Of a DNA stretch of 62,711 nt, positions 8,133 to 22,598 are shown piece by piece. Numbering within the stretch: the stretch's first letter is position 1; every line of letters begins with the position of its first letter. The notes beneath the pieces are model-generated. The model was not told where the DNA came from. It searched no databases and worked only from the letters and a program-made list of their open reading frames with translations. Made by a program: the position numbers and the translations under genes. This DNA is from a virus (Duplodnaviria > Caudoviricetes): IMG/VR virus record IMGVR_UViG_3300017746_000010, positions 1-62,711 of that record; one strand, 5' to 3'.

Positions 8133-9388
8133 TAATTTAATAAAAAATCTTTGGCAAATAATACTCTTTTATTAGTGTCAGGAGGGTATGGTATTTTTTG
8201 ATATATATCTTCACTTACCCACCAGTCTTCATATGGACTATTATTATCTGGAGAGATGTTACCTGCCATTAAAACATAACCCGCTTCTTGTAATAATTTC
8301 CTTGATTTATCTCTATAACTTTTACTATTATCACAATAATAATCATGTTCATAAGTTATAATTCCAAATTGTAACTCATTAAAATTAATTTTTTGTAAAA
8401 CTTTATAGGTATTGCTAGCTGGGTCTACATCTAATTGTAGATAATCTATATAACGTGAATTTATATGTTCATCACATATTTTTGTATAATCAGCAAATCT
8501 AGCATCTTGATCTAAACAAATATCATTTGGTCTTTGTTCTTTCCATAATTTAAGAAATTCTTTACTTATATCTAGTGATACACCTTTATAACCCCATGCT
8601 TTTAATAATGCTGTGTTATTACCATAGTAAGGACGTCCAGCACCTATTTCTAAATAAGTACCATTTTTCTTACCATCTAATGCAGATAAAACAAACATAT
8701 CTTGATAACATTGAGAATAGTTTTCTTTTACATTTATAGCCCCTTTAAATTGATATTTTAAATTTTTATAATCGGAGTTTTTATAAGGTAATAAATCATG
8801 CCAAGTAGTTTGTTCAGGTCTTTTATCAATTAAATTAAAATTAATACAATTATTAATTACAGTCTCTCTATGTTTTTCGTCTACATAAGGATTATTATAT
8901 AATTCTAACCATATTTGTTCTGATAGTTTTCTTTGACCAATATACCAACATACAAATGCTTTTTGGAATCTTAATTCCCATTCTCCTTTATAACCAACAT
9001 CATAAGGTAAAGGATCTTCATAAACATATTGTAATCCTAAATCAGCATACATATTAGCTATCATCCATTCTTCTCTTTCACTGTACCATCTACATAAAAA
9101 TAAATAAGCTTCTGGTCTAGTAGGTAAATAAGCTATAGCTTGTTCTAATTGACCTTTTTCATATTTTTTACGTCTTTTTGTTCTATTTAATTGTAACCAA
9201 GTTTTTAAAATGCCATTATAAGCTAGTACTGGGTCTGAGTCATATGTTAATTCTGATGCTCTTAAAAAATAAGATAATGCAGCTGCTCCTTGACCTATGT
9301 TTTCATATTCTTGACCTAATTCAGCATTAACATAAGGATCTAATGGATCCTGAATATATTTGTGTAAGTATTCTTTTAGTCTTTCCAT
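8132..9388 (-). CDS. TPR-like helical domain + FkbM-type SAM methyltransferase
   Basis: N-terminal helical repeats (LPTRPEAYLFL); YSQCYQD...GTYLEIGAG...NNT...IDYLQLDVD...ITYEHD...YEDWW. Confidence 0.8.
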   Translation of the reverse strand: MERLKEYLHKYIQDPLDPYVNAELGQEYENIGQGAAALSYFLRASELTYDSDPVLAYNGILKTWLQLNRTKRRKKYEKGQLEQAIAYLPTRPEAYLFLCRWYSEREEWMIANMYADLGLQYVYEDPLPYDVGYKGEWELRFQKAFVCWYIGQRKLSEQIWLELYNNPYVDEKHRETVINNCINFNLIDKRPEQTTWHDLLPYKNSDYKNLKYQFKGAINVKENYSQCYQDMFVLSALDGKKNGTYLEIGAGRPYYGNNTALLKAWGYKGVSLDISKEFLKLWKEQRPNDICLDQDARFADYTKICDEHINSRYIDYLQLDVDPASNTYKVLQKINFNELQFGIITYEHDYYCDNSKSYRDKSRKLLQEAGYVLMAGNISPDNNSPYEDWWVSEDIYQKIPYPPDTNKRVLFAKDFLLN

Positions 9389-10404
9389 TATAATCCGTTA
9401 TTAATCCAATCATTTCTATTTAACCATCCTAATTTATTTAATAATTTAGTTGGCATTTTTAATGCATAAGCAGCATTATCTTGATAACCATATGTTATAA
9501 TAAAATTGTCATCTTTTATAGCTAAACCACAAGCAAATTCAATTTTAGCAGCCATAAATTTAAATGGTAATGAAACTGCCTCTAAATTCCAATCTTTATC
9601 CCAAATAACAAATCTATGGTAATATTGAGCATCTTTATGATATCCTGGGTTATGATAGAAATCTACTTCATGTGTTACACATATTCTACTTCCATTTTTC
9701 CAAGGTATTACTTGTGATCCTCCTCTTAATTCAAATGGAACTTTTAAGTTATATGGTTTAGTTATAACAATTTTACTTGTTTTATTAACAGGATCGATTT
9801 TAGCTATTTCTAAATTATTAGCCCATTTAATAAAATGCATTGGCATATCTAATATAGGCATCCAATTTTTTTCTAAATAAGTTGGTACTGGTGGTTCAAT
9901 TCTATCTCTTGTTACTTCCTCACAAGTATCATGTGTCCAATTTACTTCACATAATTCCATTCTACCTTCACCATCAGGTTTAACATCACGCCTTACACCA
10001 CAAGCATATAAAATATCATTCCATCTAAATACTCTAACATCTTCTAAACCAATAAATGTCCATTTTGGTTTAATATCATGTTTTGAAGTATCTATTTTTT
10101 GATGTGTTTTAACTTCTAAGGTATCAGGATCTAATTTACATAAATAATTTCCTGTTCTTAATACAATATCATCTTCAGGATTTAAATAAGCTAAACAACC
10201 CCAAACACAATAGAAATTCTGGTTAAATTCACTATGATATAAAGAATAATGTACGTGTCTAATATTAGCTATAATATCATCATTATCATCTATAAAAACA
10301 GATACATTGCATAAACCTGTACCATCAGTTAGGTTACCAGGTATTATTAAGGGTGAAATTGAACCCCCGTTATCTATAACAATTTTCGCTAAATTATCTA
10401 TCAT
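9388..10404 (-). CDS. Beta-propeller glycosidase/glycoside phosphorylase-like protein (GH130/GH43-like)
   Basis: GLEDVRVF, EKNWMP, LRGGSQ, YYHRF, IEFACGL, YGYQD. Confidence 0.65.
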   Translation of the reverse strand: MIDNLAKIVIDNGGSISPLIIPGNLTDGTGLCNVSVFIDDNDDIIANIRHVHYSLYHSEFNQNFYCVWGCLAYLNPEDDIVLRTGNYLCKLDPDTLEVKTHQKIDTSKHDIKPKWTFIGLEDVRVFRWNDILYACGVRRDVKPDGEGRMELCEVNWTHDTCEEVTRDRIEPPVPTYLEKNWMPILDMPMHFIKWANNLEIAKIDPVNKTSKIVITKPYNLKVPFELRGGSQVIPWKNGSRICVTHEVDFYHNPGYHKDAQYYHRFVIWDKDWNLEAVSLPFKFMAAKIEFACGLAIKDDNFIITYGYQDNAAYALKMPTKLLNKLGWLNRNDWINNGL

Positions 10405-10407
10405 ATT

Positions 10408-10998
10408 TTATTTATAATGTCCTCCACCTAACCATAATACGAAAGATTTTCTGGTTCCCCTAGTAACTGGTGTAACTCTATGCATTAAATAAGAAGGAAA
10501 TAATACAACACAACCTGCATTTCTTTCAGCTTTTTCAAATGGGCCTTCCATACTTCCACCTCTAAATAATTCTAAATCTCCTCCTTCATATTCATCAGGT
10601 TCTGATAATTGTACTGTAATTGAAACTTTTCTTTTTGATAACAATCCAGGCCCAATGTCAGCATGCCAATCATAATGTCCAGCAGGTGCATGATATTCTG
10701 TATATTGTATCATTTCTGGTATCTGATTTAAATCAAAATGCCATATAGCATTATTAGCTGTTACAGCCATATTTGCTAATTTTTCATATAACCAAAACCA
10801 ATCTCCATTTTGTGGTATCCATTTAATATTTGATTTTCTTACTTTTTTATTATCTCCAGCAGTTGTAGCTTCATTCCAAGGTAAAGTATAAACATCATCC
10901 TCAATTTTATCTAATTCAGCTTTGCTAAATCCTTCTTTAAAAAAATAATAATTTTGAGAATCAGTTTCTTGTTGATCAAAAGTATAATTTAAATTCAT
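10408..10998 (-). CDS. 2OG-Fe(II) dioxygenase (prolyl-4-hydroxylase/PKHD-like)
   Basis: HYDWHAD (HxD), RKVSITVQL, YEGGDL, FPSYLMHRVTPV, RKSFVLW. Confidence 0.9.
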   Translation of the reverse strand: MNLNYTFDQQETDSQNYYFFKEGFSKAELDKIEDDVYTLPWNEATTAGDNKKVRKSNIKWIPQNGDWFWLYEKLANMAVTANNAIWHFDLNQIPEMIQYTEYHAPAGHYDWHADIGPGLLSKRKVSITVQLSEPDEYEGGDLELFRGGSMEGPFEKAERNAGCVVLFPSYLMHRVTPVTRGTRKSFVLWLGGGHYK

Positions 10999-11861
10999 TA
11001 TATATTATTTAATATTTGTTTTTCGTTAAAAATACTATCTGTACTTTTATAAGGCATATATACTAAAGGTTCAATTAAACTAAACCCTTCATAACAAGTA
11101 TAAGGTAAAGCTACTTCATATTCATTTCTTATTATATTATTATGAAGTTCATAACCAAATTCATTGGGTGATGTAGTTACCCAACATACTGTTGAAGGTA
11201 AATTTAATGCCGTAGCCATATGTTGAGCAAAACTATCTATAAATATTCTTTTATCTGATTTTAATAATAATTTTGCTATTGATATCATATCACCATCTGC
11301 TACTATAGTATTATCATATGATATTCTTTGTTTAGGTCCTTTTATATGATAAATATCATATTCATCTTTATATTTTTCAACTATTTTATTTACTATATTA
11401 GCTGGTATGTCTCTAGACCAATTATAATTGTATAACTCTGTTTCAGTACCTCCATTAGGATGAAGAACCATTATAGGTCTTTTCTTTTCAAATACTTCAA
11501 ATTTTTGGGCTTCAGCATATAATTCATCTGGGAGATGTAAGTTGGGGATTTCATCATTATAATCTAAATCATATAGATTTGCCCAAACCTCAATTAAATG
11601 TTTTTTCTTAGTAATCATATCAGAATGGTGATATGGATCTAATACCATTACTTTATCATAATCATGACCTTTATCAATATAAAATTTTCTGTTTTTAATA
11701 TTATCTAATTCATCAATATAAGGAATAAACTGGAATATTTCTGGATTTGATGCTAATACTGTTAAGTTGCTATCAGGGTATTTATTTTTAATGAGTTCAA
11801 CTATTACAGTTGCTGCTATATTTTTACCTATCCCTCCTGGTACTTCAAAAACTATATTCAT
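10998..11861 (-). CDS. GT-B glycosyltransferase (GT9/heptosyltransferase-like)
   Basis: GGIGKNI; FIDSFAQHMATALNLPSTVCW. Confidence 0.75.
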   Translation of the reverse strand: MNIVFEVPGGIGKNIAATVIVELIKNKYPDSNLTVLASNPEIFQFIPYIDELDNIKNRKFYIDKGHDYDKVMVLDPYHHSDMITKKKHLIEVWANLYDLDYNDEIPNLHLPDELYAEAQKFEVFEKKRPIMVLHPNGGTETELYNYNWSRDIPANIVNKIVEKYKDEYDIYHIKGPKQRISYDNTIVADGDMISIAKLLLKSDKRIFIDSFAQHMATALNLPSTVCWVTTSPNEFGYELHNNIIRNEYEVALPYTCYEGFSLIEPLVYMPYKSTDSIFNEKQILNNI

Positions 11862-12541
11862 ACTTGTATATTAAAATTAATTACTGCTCTATGTTTTTTA
11901 CCATAAAATGGTTCTACTGAATGTACAATATCATGTGGCCAAATTAAGAGCATTCCTGCTTTTGGTCTAACAAAATGTTTTTCTCCTCTAACATGAAAAG
12001 CAAATACACCACTATAAGGATGATCTTTAATTGGTTCACCATCACTTAAATAATATCCACCTGAGTACATATTAGGTTTTTCTTCACTAAATTGCCATCT
12101 ATTATGATTATGAGCATTATGTCCTCTACCTTCAGTTGGTTCATAATACTGTAGCCAACTTTCAGTTATAATTGGTGTTTTTGATGTACCTATTAATTCT
12201 TGAAATGCACTTTTTATTCTTCTATTAATAACAAATACATCTGTATTTTTTGATTCTAAAAAATCATTAGGGTTAACATAAAATCTACTTCCAATAGGTT
12301 GTAATTCATGTTTTTCTACCCATTCATCTTGTCTATCATAATTTACTTCATAATTAGATTGTCTTTCATCATCGTACTGCCCAGGCAATTCTTGACCCAT
12401 TCTTCTTTGCTCAGCATCTAATATATTTAAACCATACTGATATGCTGCTTTAGTTATAACATCATTTTCATATACCCTTTTATAAACTGGTATAGGTGCT
12501 AAATTAAATATATTTTCCTTACTTGTTGGATGAAATATCAT
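11858..12541 (-). CDS. Putative 2OG-Fe(II) oxygenase (2OG-FeII_Oxy_5-like)
   Basis: ESWLQ...HNAHNH...YSGGYY...PKAGMLLIWP..IVHSVEP...RAVINFN. Confidence 0.8.
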   Translation of the reverse strand: MIFHPTSKENIFNLAPIPVYKRVYENDVITKAAYQYGLNILDAEQRRMGQELPGQYDDERQSNYEVNYDRQDEWVEKHELQPIGSRFYVNPNDFLESKNTDVFVINRRIKSAFQELIGTSKTPIITESWLQYYEPTEGRGHNAHNHNRWQFSEEKPNMYSGGYYLSDGEPIKDHPYSGVFAFHVRGEKHFVRPKAGMLLIWPHDIVHSVEPFYGKKHRAVINFNIQV

Positions 12542-13115
12542 AATTTTTTAAAGTTGTTATATCAGAGTCTTCCCCTGGGTTGGTGGTAAAATACGGACTT
12601 TTTATCTGATCTACACGGAATTTTTCAGATTTTCTTAATTCCCAAAATGACCAATCTAATCCTACTTTTAATTTAGCTTTTTTTACAATGTAATCTTTCA
12701 TCTTTTTAGCTCCAGATGGCCAAACTATATAAGCTGCTATTGATGGTGTATCTTTTATTAACCAAAAAGCATCTAAATCATTAACTTCTGATAATGTTTC
12801 AAATAAATGTTTTGGGATAGTCCAATTTGTGTCTAAAGAAACATCGTCTTCAAAAATAAAATATGGTAAATCTTGTTTTGAACATTCATCTAATAAATTT
12901 AAATGCATATAATTTGCACAAACTAAAGATGGAATATGAATACCATATTTTTCATATTCATTACCTTTAATCATTTTTTTATCATAAGCTGTTAGCTTAT
13001 ATTCTTTTCCATCTAATGCATCTACAAATTCAAATGGAACGTGTTTAAACAGATTAGACATTTTTTCACGTCTATCTTGACGTCTTTTTAATGATATTAC
13101 TTTTACTTTATACAT
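12519..13115 (-). CDS. Glycosyltransferase family 25
   Basis: VISLKRRQDRR, DALDG, IFEDDV, AAYIV...GAKK, LDW. Confidence 0.85.
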   Translation of the reverse strand: MYKVKVISLKRRQDRREKMSNLFKHVPFEFVDALDGKEYKLTAYDKKMIKGNEYEKYGIHIPSLVCANYMHLNLLDECSKQDLPYFIFEDDVSLDTNWTIPKHLFETLSEVNDLDAFWLIKDTPSIAAYIVWPSGAKKMKDYIVKKAKLKVGLDWSFWELRKSEKFRVDQIKSPYFTTNPGEDSDITTLKNYDISSNK

Positions 13116-14187
13116 TGTTTATTAATTTTAATTGATTTAAATCTTGATTGTAAAGTCCTGTTTTAAATCCTCGGTGTAAAGGTACATAAAATTGAACGCT
13201 TTGCCCAATTTCTTTACCTACTTCTATTGCTTTTGTTTGTGCTTCATCAAATATTTCCCAATTATCTTTATTACAAAAAACATTTTTTGGTAATTGTGTG
13301 TTTAAACCTTCTAAGTATGTAGGGGAAAATTGAATGTGGGGTGCTCCTACTTCTTTTGCAAATTTAACCATATCCGAAAGTTCATGTAAATTCCACATAT
13401 TAATATTATTTGATATAAATGATTCATCCCATCTATTTTCTTCTTTACATTTTTTAAAATAATGAATTAGATTTCTTTTTACAAGATGGAATTTATTTAC
13501 TTTTCTTACTTTAATATATGTTTCAGGTGTTGCGGCATCTACTGAAAAACCAAGTGTTGTTTTTTTAACATATTCATGATATTTTTTCTGAACTTTAGGA
13601 TTAAATAATGTAACATTACAAAATGTCCATAATAATATTTTTTCTCTATATTTTTTAAATTCTAATTTATCTAAAACATCAAATATTTGTCCTTTAAAAA
13701 ATGGTTCTATAATCCCTAACACTGATATAGCTTCAAGATAAGGCATAGCAGGTTTAATAAATTTTAACATTTCATCTGTTCTATCTGGGATTGTACCATC
13801 TATATAAGCTTTCATCCACCCTTCATCTGATCGAGGACACATAGCACAAGCTGTTTTTCTTGTTGGATTTTTACCTCCTATATTACACATCCTAGGAGAT
13901 AATGCAAATTCAATTTGTTTAGGATATTTTGTTACAAATACATCATGACTTCTATTTAGTTCAGTCTTATAATGAGGGCACTCATTATTATTACACATAG
14001 AATGTAAGTTTTTATTTAATGTAGCTACTTTTACTTCTTTTAGTAATTGGCCTTTATATAATTCTTCTAAAGATTTCCCTTCATCAAAAATATTACCGTA
14101 ATGAGTTGATTGATGACAGCATGATTGATATCTTCCATCATAATCAAGTTTAATTCTATCAAAAGGTAAATTACAATACGATTTCAT
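13108..14187 (-). CDS. Radical SAM protein with N-terminal SPASM/twitch-like Cys domain
   Basis: CNLPF...SCC...C...C at the N-terminus; CX12CX2C (CNIGGKNPTRKTACAMC); EPF; SVDAATPETY. Confidence 0.75.
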   Translation of the reverse strand: MKSYCNLPFDRIKLDYDGRYQSCCHQSTHYGNIFDEGKSLEELYKGQLLKEVKVATLNKNLHSMCNNNECPHYKTELNRSHDVFVTKYPKQIEFALSPRMCNIGGKNPTRKTACAMCPRSDEGWMKAYIDGTIPDRTDEMLKFIKPAMPYLEAISVLGIIEPFFKGQIFDVLDKLEFKKYREKILLWTFCNVTLFNPKVQKKYHEYVKKTTLGFSVDAATPETYIKVRKVNKFHLVKRNLIHYFKKCKEENRWDESFISNNINMWNLHELSDMVKFAKEVGAPHIQFSPTYLEGLNTQLPKNVFCNKDNWEIFDEAQTKAIEVGKEIGQSVQFYVPLHRGFKTGLYNQDLNQLKLINNV

Positions 14188-14999
14188 TAAATATGTTCTA
14201 AATGTGGTTTATAATCAATCTGTGTCCTTATATAATCATTAAATTCTGTTTGAATTTTATTTATATCTTTTGTATCATCTGGTTTTAGCCTTTCATATGA
14301 TACTCCTAAAACATAATCTGGGTGGTATTTTTCAATATATTCTTCCATAGTGCAATTAGCATATTTCCACATTGCAAATTCTTCTACTAATCCTTTTATA
14401 TCATTTTCTCTAGTTATTTTAAGTAAATCTGCACCAAAGTTTTTATCTCTGGAATAAACACAACCAAAATTAGGTATAACTAAACCATCACCCCATTTCC
14501 AATGATAATGTTGTATTTGATTTTCTAATGTTGATAAATTATCAATTAAATAATAATATGATTCATCGTTTTGTAAAATTGGATGGTCTTCAGGAATGGC
14601 ATCTAGTAATGCTGCCATTGGTTCTTTATAATGAGCATATAAAGCAACTTGTGTTTCTTTTTTACTTAATAAATTATAAAACTCTTTGTCTAAAGGTTTT
14701 AATATAAAACAATCCCAATCTAACATTAATACTTCTCCCCAATGTTTTAATGCTAAATCAAGTACAATTAATTTTCTTCCAAATATATTGCCTCCTTTAA
14801 ATTCTTGAGATGACATACTTATACAAGTATACCCTCTTGATTCTAATTCTTCTTTATTTCTATCACCCCAAACATATACTACTTCATTATCATATAAAGG
14901 TATTTTAGGAATATCTGTTTGCATTAACTCCTGGTTATTGCCCCACCAACTTCTTATTATTTTTATATTAGACATGTTCGAAATATGGTTTAATTTCAA
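14187..14999 (-). CDS. Putative GT-A nucleotide-sugar transferase
   Basis: FGRKL...VLMLDWDC (DxD)...PNFGCVY; paralog of the adjacent gene. Confidence 0.6.
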   Translation of the reverse strand: MKLNHISNMSNIKIIRSWWGNNQELMQTDIPKIPLYDNEVVYVWGDRNKEELESRGYTCISMSSQEFKGGNIFGRKLIVLDLALKHWGEVLMLDWDCFILKPLDKEFYNLLSKKETQVALYAHYKEPMAALLDAIPEDHPILQNDESYYYLIDNLSTLENQIQHYHWKWGDGLVIPNFGCVYSRDKNFGADLLKITRENDIKGLVEEFAMWKYANCTMEEYIEKYHPDYVLGVSYERLKPDDTKDINKIQTEFNDYIRTQIDYKPHLEHI

Positions 15000-15711
15000 T
15001 TTTAGTATCTAACCATTTACTAAATTTTCTTGATTCTTCATGTAATTTACAATCTAAAATTATCATTTCATCACTTCTACCTTTTAATAAAGGTGTACAA
15101 TATTTTTTAATAAATTCTTCTAGGGTACAATCAGCATAAAGTAAAGTAGCAAACTCATCTACTACAGTTGTTAATTTTTCTTTAATAGCTATATCAATTA
15201 ATTTTTTTGCAAATGATTTGTCTCTACAATATACAAAACCAAAATTAGGAGCTACTAATCCATCTTTCCATTCCCATCCATATTTCCTAAACCCTTCTTG
15301 TAGTAAATCCATTTCTTCTATGAATTTATAAGATTGATTTTGTCCAACTAAATCTAATATAGCTTCTTTTGTATCTTTATGTTGAAGATATAGTGGCATT
15401 TGTATTGGTTTTTGCCTTAATATCTTATAAAATTCATCATCAAACGGTTTTAATTGATAACAATCCCAATCTAATAAAATAACTTCACCAAATTCTTGTA
15501 GTGCTAAATCTAGACATTGTAATTTTCTTCCAAAAGTATTCCATTCATTATTAAAAATTTCTTCTTTAACTACTCGTATTTCAAATCCTCGGGCTTTTAA
15601 TTCCCAGTAAAAATCCATACTGTAAACATAGACAATTTCATCTTTAAGTAAGGGGATTCTAGGTATTTCATTGTTTATTTTATCTCCCCAGTGTACTCTA
15701 ATTATTTTCAT
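14968..15711 (-). CDS. Putative GT-A nucleotide-sugar transferase (paralog)
   Basis: FGRKL...VILLDWDC...PNFGFVY. Confidence 0.6.
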   Translation of the reverse strand: MKIIRVHWGDKINNEIPRIPLLKDEIVYVYSMDFYWELKARGFEIRVVKEEIFNNEWNTFGRKLQCLDLALQEFGEVILLDWDCYQLKPFDDEFYKILRQKPIQMPLYLQHKDTKEAILDLVGQNQSYKFIEEMDLLQEGFRKYGWEWKDGLVAPNFGFVYCRDKSFAKKLIDIAIKEKLTTVVDEFATLLYADCTLEEFIKKYCTPLLKGRSDEMIILDCKLHEESRKFSKWLDTKIEIKPYFEHV

Positions 15712-16666
15712 GATAGTCTCTCCAATGTTTTTCCCATCTTATATCTTGTAGATACTTACCACAATCTAAAATTTCAACTGCTTCTTTAAACCAGCGTTTA
15801 ATAGCTAAATTTTGGGTATTAATTTTATCTAACCATACATGCTCAAAATCAACTTGTTTTTTAATATCTGGTTTTAAAGGTGTATACCATTTTTCTGCTT
15901 TACCTTTGTATCTTTGATCTCCATTTACAATATTATGATGAGATAGTGATACTTGATTAGATAAAGAATTTACTTTATAATCATTTTCTCTAATAATATG
16001 ACCTAAAATACCTTGATCAGTTAATAACCAAAACCATTCAGGAATATGTTCACCATTAGTAGTTACTAATTTTTTATGCCAAGTATGGTACTGTTTAAGT
16101 AAATCCATATTGTTGACACATAAAAAAGATGTATTAGGAGACCAATCATCTGTATTATAATTTTCTATCCAAGGTATATGGGTTATTTCTTTTTCAAATT
16201 TTTCTTTGTCAAAATAGTAATAACCTCTACCAATTTCCCAATGTGCAATAGTTAAATCATCTTCTTCAACCCAACTAGGTAATCTTTCTCTTATAATCAT
16301 ATCCTGATCTAAAAATACAAAAGGTTCTGATTGATGAGCTAAACATTTTATTTTACCACTTGTCCAAAAATAAGCAGCATCTATGTTTGATTTAGAATAA
16401 TTATTTAAAAATTTTATATCAATATCATCATATAAATCTAATAAACCGAATCTTTGGTAAAATGAAGCACCAATAGAATCAGTATACAATTTAATTGGAC
16501 CATTGTTAATCCTCCATTGCCTAGCAGACACTATTGTATATAATATTTGATAATCTAATTGAGTATAAACTTGGGAATTTAAATTTTTTAAAGTCTCAAA
16601 ACCATGTCCCCTTAATCTATGTTTTTCAAAGAAAGGTTTTGTCCAATTTACGTGTATTGCTTTCAT
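15698..16666 (-). CDS. DUF6734-like putative glycosyltransferase
   Basis: HVNWTKP, KLYTD, FWTSGK, PFVFLDQD, PNTS, TDQ. Confidence 0.6.
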   Translation of the reverse strand: MKAIHVNWTKPFFEKHRLRGHGFETLKNLNSQVYTQLDYQILYTIVSARQWRINNGPIKLYTDSIGASFYQRFGLLDLYDDIDIKFLNNYSKSNIDAAYFWTSGKIKCLAHQSEPFVFLDQDMIIRERLPSWVEEDDLTIAHWEIGRGYYYFDKEKFEKEITHIPWIENYNTDDWSPNTSFLCVNNMDLLKQYHTWHKKLVTTNGEHIPEWFWLLTDQGILGHIIRENDYKVNSLSNQVSLSHHNIVNGDQRYKGKAEKWYTPLKPDIKKQVDFEHVWLDKINTQNLAIKRWFKEAVEILDCGKYLQDIRWEKHWRDYHENN

Positions 16667-16667
16667 A

Positions 16668-17546
16668 TTAATATGGTAATTCTTTACCTAAATCTTCTAC
16701 AATTGTTAATATTTGGTCTTTAGTATACACTTTACCCGCACCAATACATCTTGAAAGGTATTCATGACCCTTATTAATAAATTCCTTAGAACGTTTTTCA
16801 ACGCCATAGTGCTTGTAATATAATGAAAATTCTTTATTATTCCAAATACCTTTACCCGTTTCTTTATCAGTAAATTCTCCTTCTTTTATATTATATATAC
16901 CTTTATTTAATGTTTTATGTGGGATTTTATCTTTAGTTAGCCATTGTTTTAACATTAATTGTTCTGATAGTATCATCCAATTAGGTGTCATACCTTCAAA
17001 ATCCATTTTAGTAAATTCTTCGTGGTTTTTTAATACCTGTTTGCCATATTTTCGAGCAAATTTAGGATCTGGTAGATAAAATAAAGATACATTAGCCGCT
17101 AAATCAATTATCCTTTCTACAGGTGTAGTTAAACTAGCATTAAAAGCACAAGTTTCTTCAACATACCAATTATGAGCTATTTCATCGTAAGAATATAAAA
17201 CATTAGTATTTAAATGTTCATCTATATTTTTAAATATAAGAAAATCATGATCTACTACAACTAAAGGTATTTTAGTTTCACTAATTATTTTAGTTTTACC
17301 AGATGACCAAAATATTTCTTTGTTGATTTTATTGTCATAATTTAAAATACGTATACTGTTCCATAAATGGAATAGGCCTGTTAATTTTAACGTATTAAAC
17401 GTCAAACTATCAACATATAATACTAATGTATGGTTTGGATGATATTTTTTCCATAATGTTACAGATGCTATTAACATCAATAACTGATTTTTAGTGTAAA
17501 ACTCTTTAGATTGTTTTACATTTTCTAAAACCCATATTACTTCCAT
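16668..17546 (-). CDS. DUF6734-like putative glycosyltransferase (paralog)
   Basis: LYVD, FWSSGK, PLVVVDHD, ANVS, SEQ, H.G..K. Confidence 0.6.
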   Translation of the reverse strand: MEVIWVLENVKQSKEFYTKNQLLMLIASVTLWKKYHPNHTLVLYVDSLTFNTLKLTGLFHLWNSIRILNYDNKINKEIFWSSGKTKIISETKIPLVVVDHDFLIFKNIDEHLNTNVLYSYDEIAHNWYVEETCAFNASLTTPVERIIDLAANVSLFYLPDPKFARKYGKQVLKNHEEFTKMDFEGMTPNWMILSEQLMLKQWLTKDKIPHKTLNKGIYNIKEGEFTDKETGKGIWNNKEFSLYYKHYGVEKRSKEFINKGHEYLSRCIGAGKVYTKDQILTIVEDLGKELPY

Positions 17547-17568
17547 AAAACCTTTTTTTCATTATTCT

Positions 17569-18126
17569 TTATAATTGTTCGAAGAACGAAGCATATAAAT
17601 ATTTAATATAAGCCATATTTGTTCCTCCATAAGTACTATTAAAATACCAATTTACAGCTGCGGTTGATGTTAAATATGTTCCACTTGCTGAAGTTAATCT
17701 ATAACCCATAAAAACATAACCATAACCTGCTATAGCAGTTGTTGTTATATAATTTTGCCTAGAACTCATTGAGTTATTTTGATATCCTGGCATAGTATTA
17801 CCACCTAATGTTGTTTTGTTAAATGGAGAAGTAAAACCATATTTAGATAATCCTGAGTTAGACCCTTTCATTCCAAAATGATAACATCTACCTCCATATC
17901 TATAATCTTGGTTAAAACTTAAATTATTTGTATCCATGCCCGTATTAACAAAAGGAGAATCTCCTTCATTTGACCATCTACATACACTAAAATTACTAGT
18001 TTCAGGCCAATCACTACAAGCTACCCACATACCACTGTATGCTCCTAAAGCACCAGTTGGGTTAGCAGTAGTTGAGGTATTACCCCTTACACATAAATTG
18101 CTACCTTCAACGCTTCCGTAATACAT
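17569..18126 (-). CDS. Hypothetical G/S/T/Y-rich protein, possibly virion/fibre-associated
   Basis: Composition and position downstream of the fibre genes. Confidence 0.65.
   Translation of the reverse strand: MYYGSVEGSNLCVRGNTSTTANPTGALGAYSGMWVACSDWPETSNFSVCRWSNEGDSPFVNTGMDTNNLSFNQDYRYGGRCYHFGMKGSNSGLSKYGFTSPFNKTTLGGNTMPGYQNNSMSSRQNYITTTAIAGYGYVFMGYRLTSASGTYLTSTAAVNWYFNSTYGGTNMAYIKYLYASFFEQL
17594..17602 (-). promoter_or_regulatory. Putative late promoter at the head of the modification cluster
   Basis: ATATTTATA within the 3' end of the 185-aa gene, about 47 nt upstream of ATG 17546. Confidence 0.4.
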
Positions 18127-18666
18127 TTATATAAGATCATTTACATTACTATCTCCAAATATACCCTTATAAAAATCTTTTACTTCTTTATAAGCATATT
18201 CATATGGGTTTCCAGTAATTAAGTTAATATTAATTTTATTTTTAGTTACATCTTCACTACCTGTTGTAATAGTTTCAACCCTTTCAGTTCTAGTTTTAAT
18301 AACTTCATTTCCATCATCATCAAAATCAATATATTCTACACTATCGTCTGAAAATGAGCTTGAATATGTTGGAATTGTAACTGTTTCTGGGGCAGTTAAT
18401 GGAAACTCATGACCATTAGTCCAATTATAACCAGTACCATCATGTAGAAAAGTATTAGATATTGCACCACTAGCATCTACACCTTGAAAATCTTCTGCAT
18501 ATATGGGGTGAGCCGTAGCTGCAGATTCTTTAGAAGTATAATGACAAACTTGAGTGTGTAAAAATCCTAAACATTTATTTAATTGATAATTTTCAATTCT
18601 TACATAGAAAGAATCGTGTACTTGATTATCACTTGTTGTTATTGATCCTGTAACTAAAAATCCCAT
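18127..18666 (-). CDS. Hypothetical protein, possibly a fibre assembly factor
   Basis: Directly follows an S74-bearing fibre gene. Confidence 0.7.
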   Translation of the reverse strand: MGFLVTGSITTSDNQVHDSFYVRIENYQLNKCLGFLHTQVCHYTSKESAATAHPIYAEDFQGVDASGAISNTFLHDGTGYNWTNGHEFPLTAPETVTIPTYSSSFSDDSVEYIDFDDDGNEVIKTRTERVETITTGSEDVTKNKININLITGNPYEYAYKEVKDFYKGIFGDSNVNDLI

Positions 18667-18668
18667 TT

Positions 18669-22598
<3,930 letters not shown>

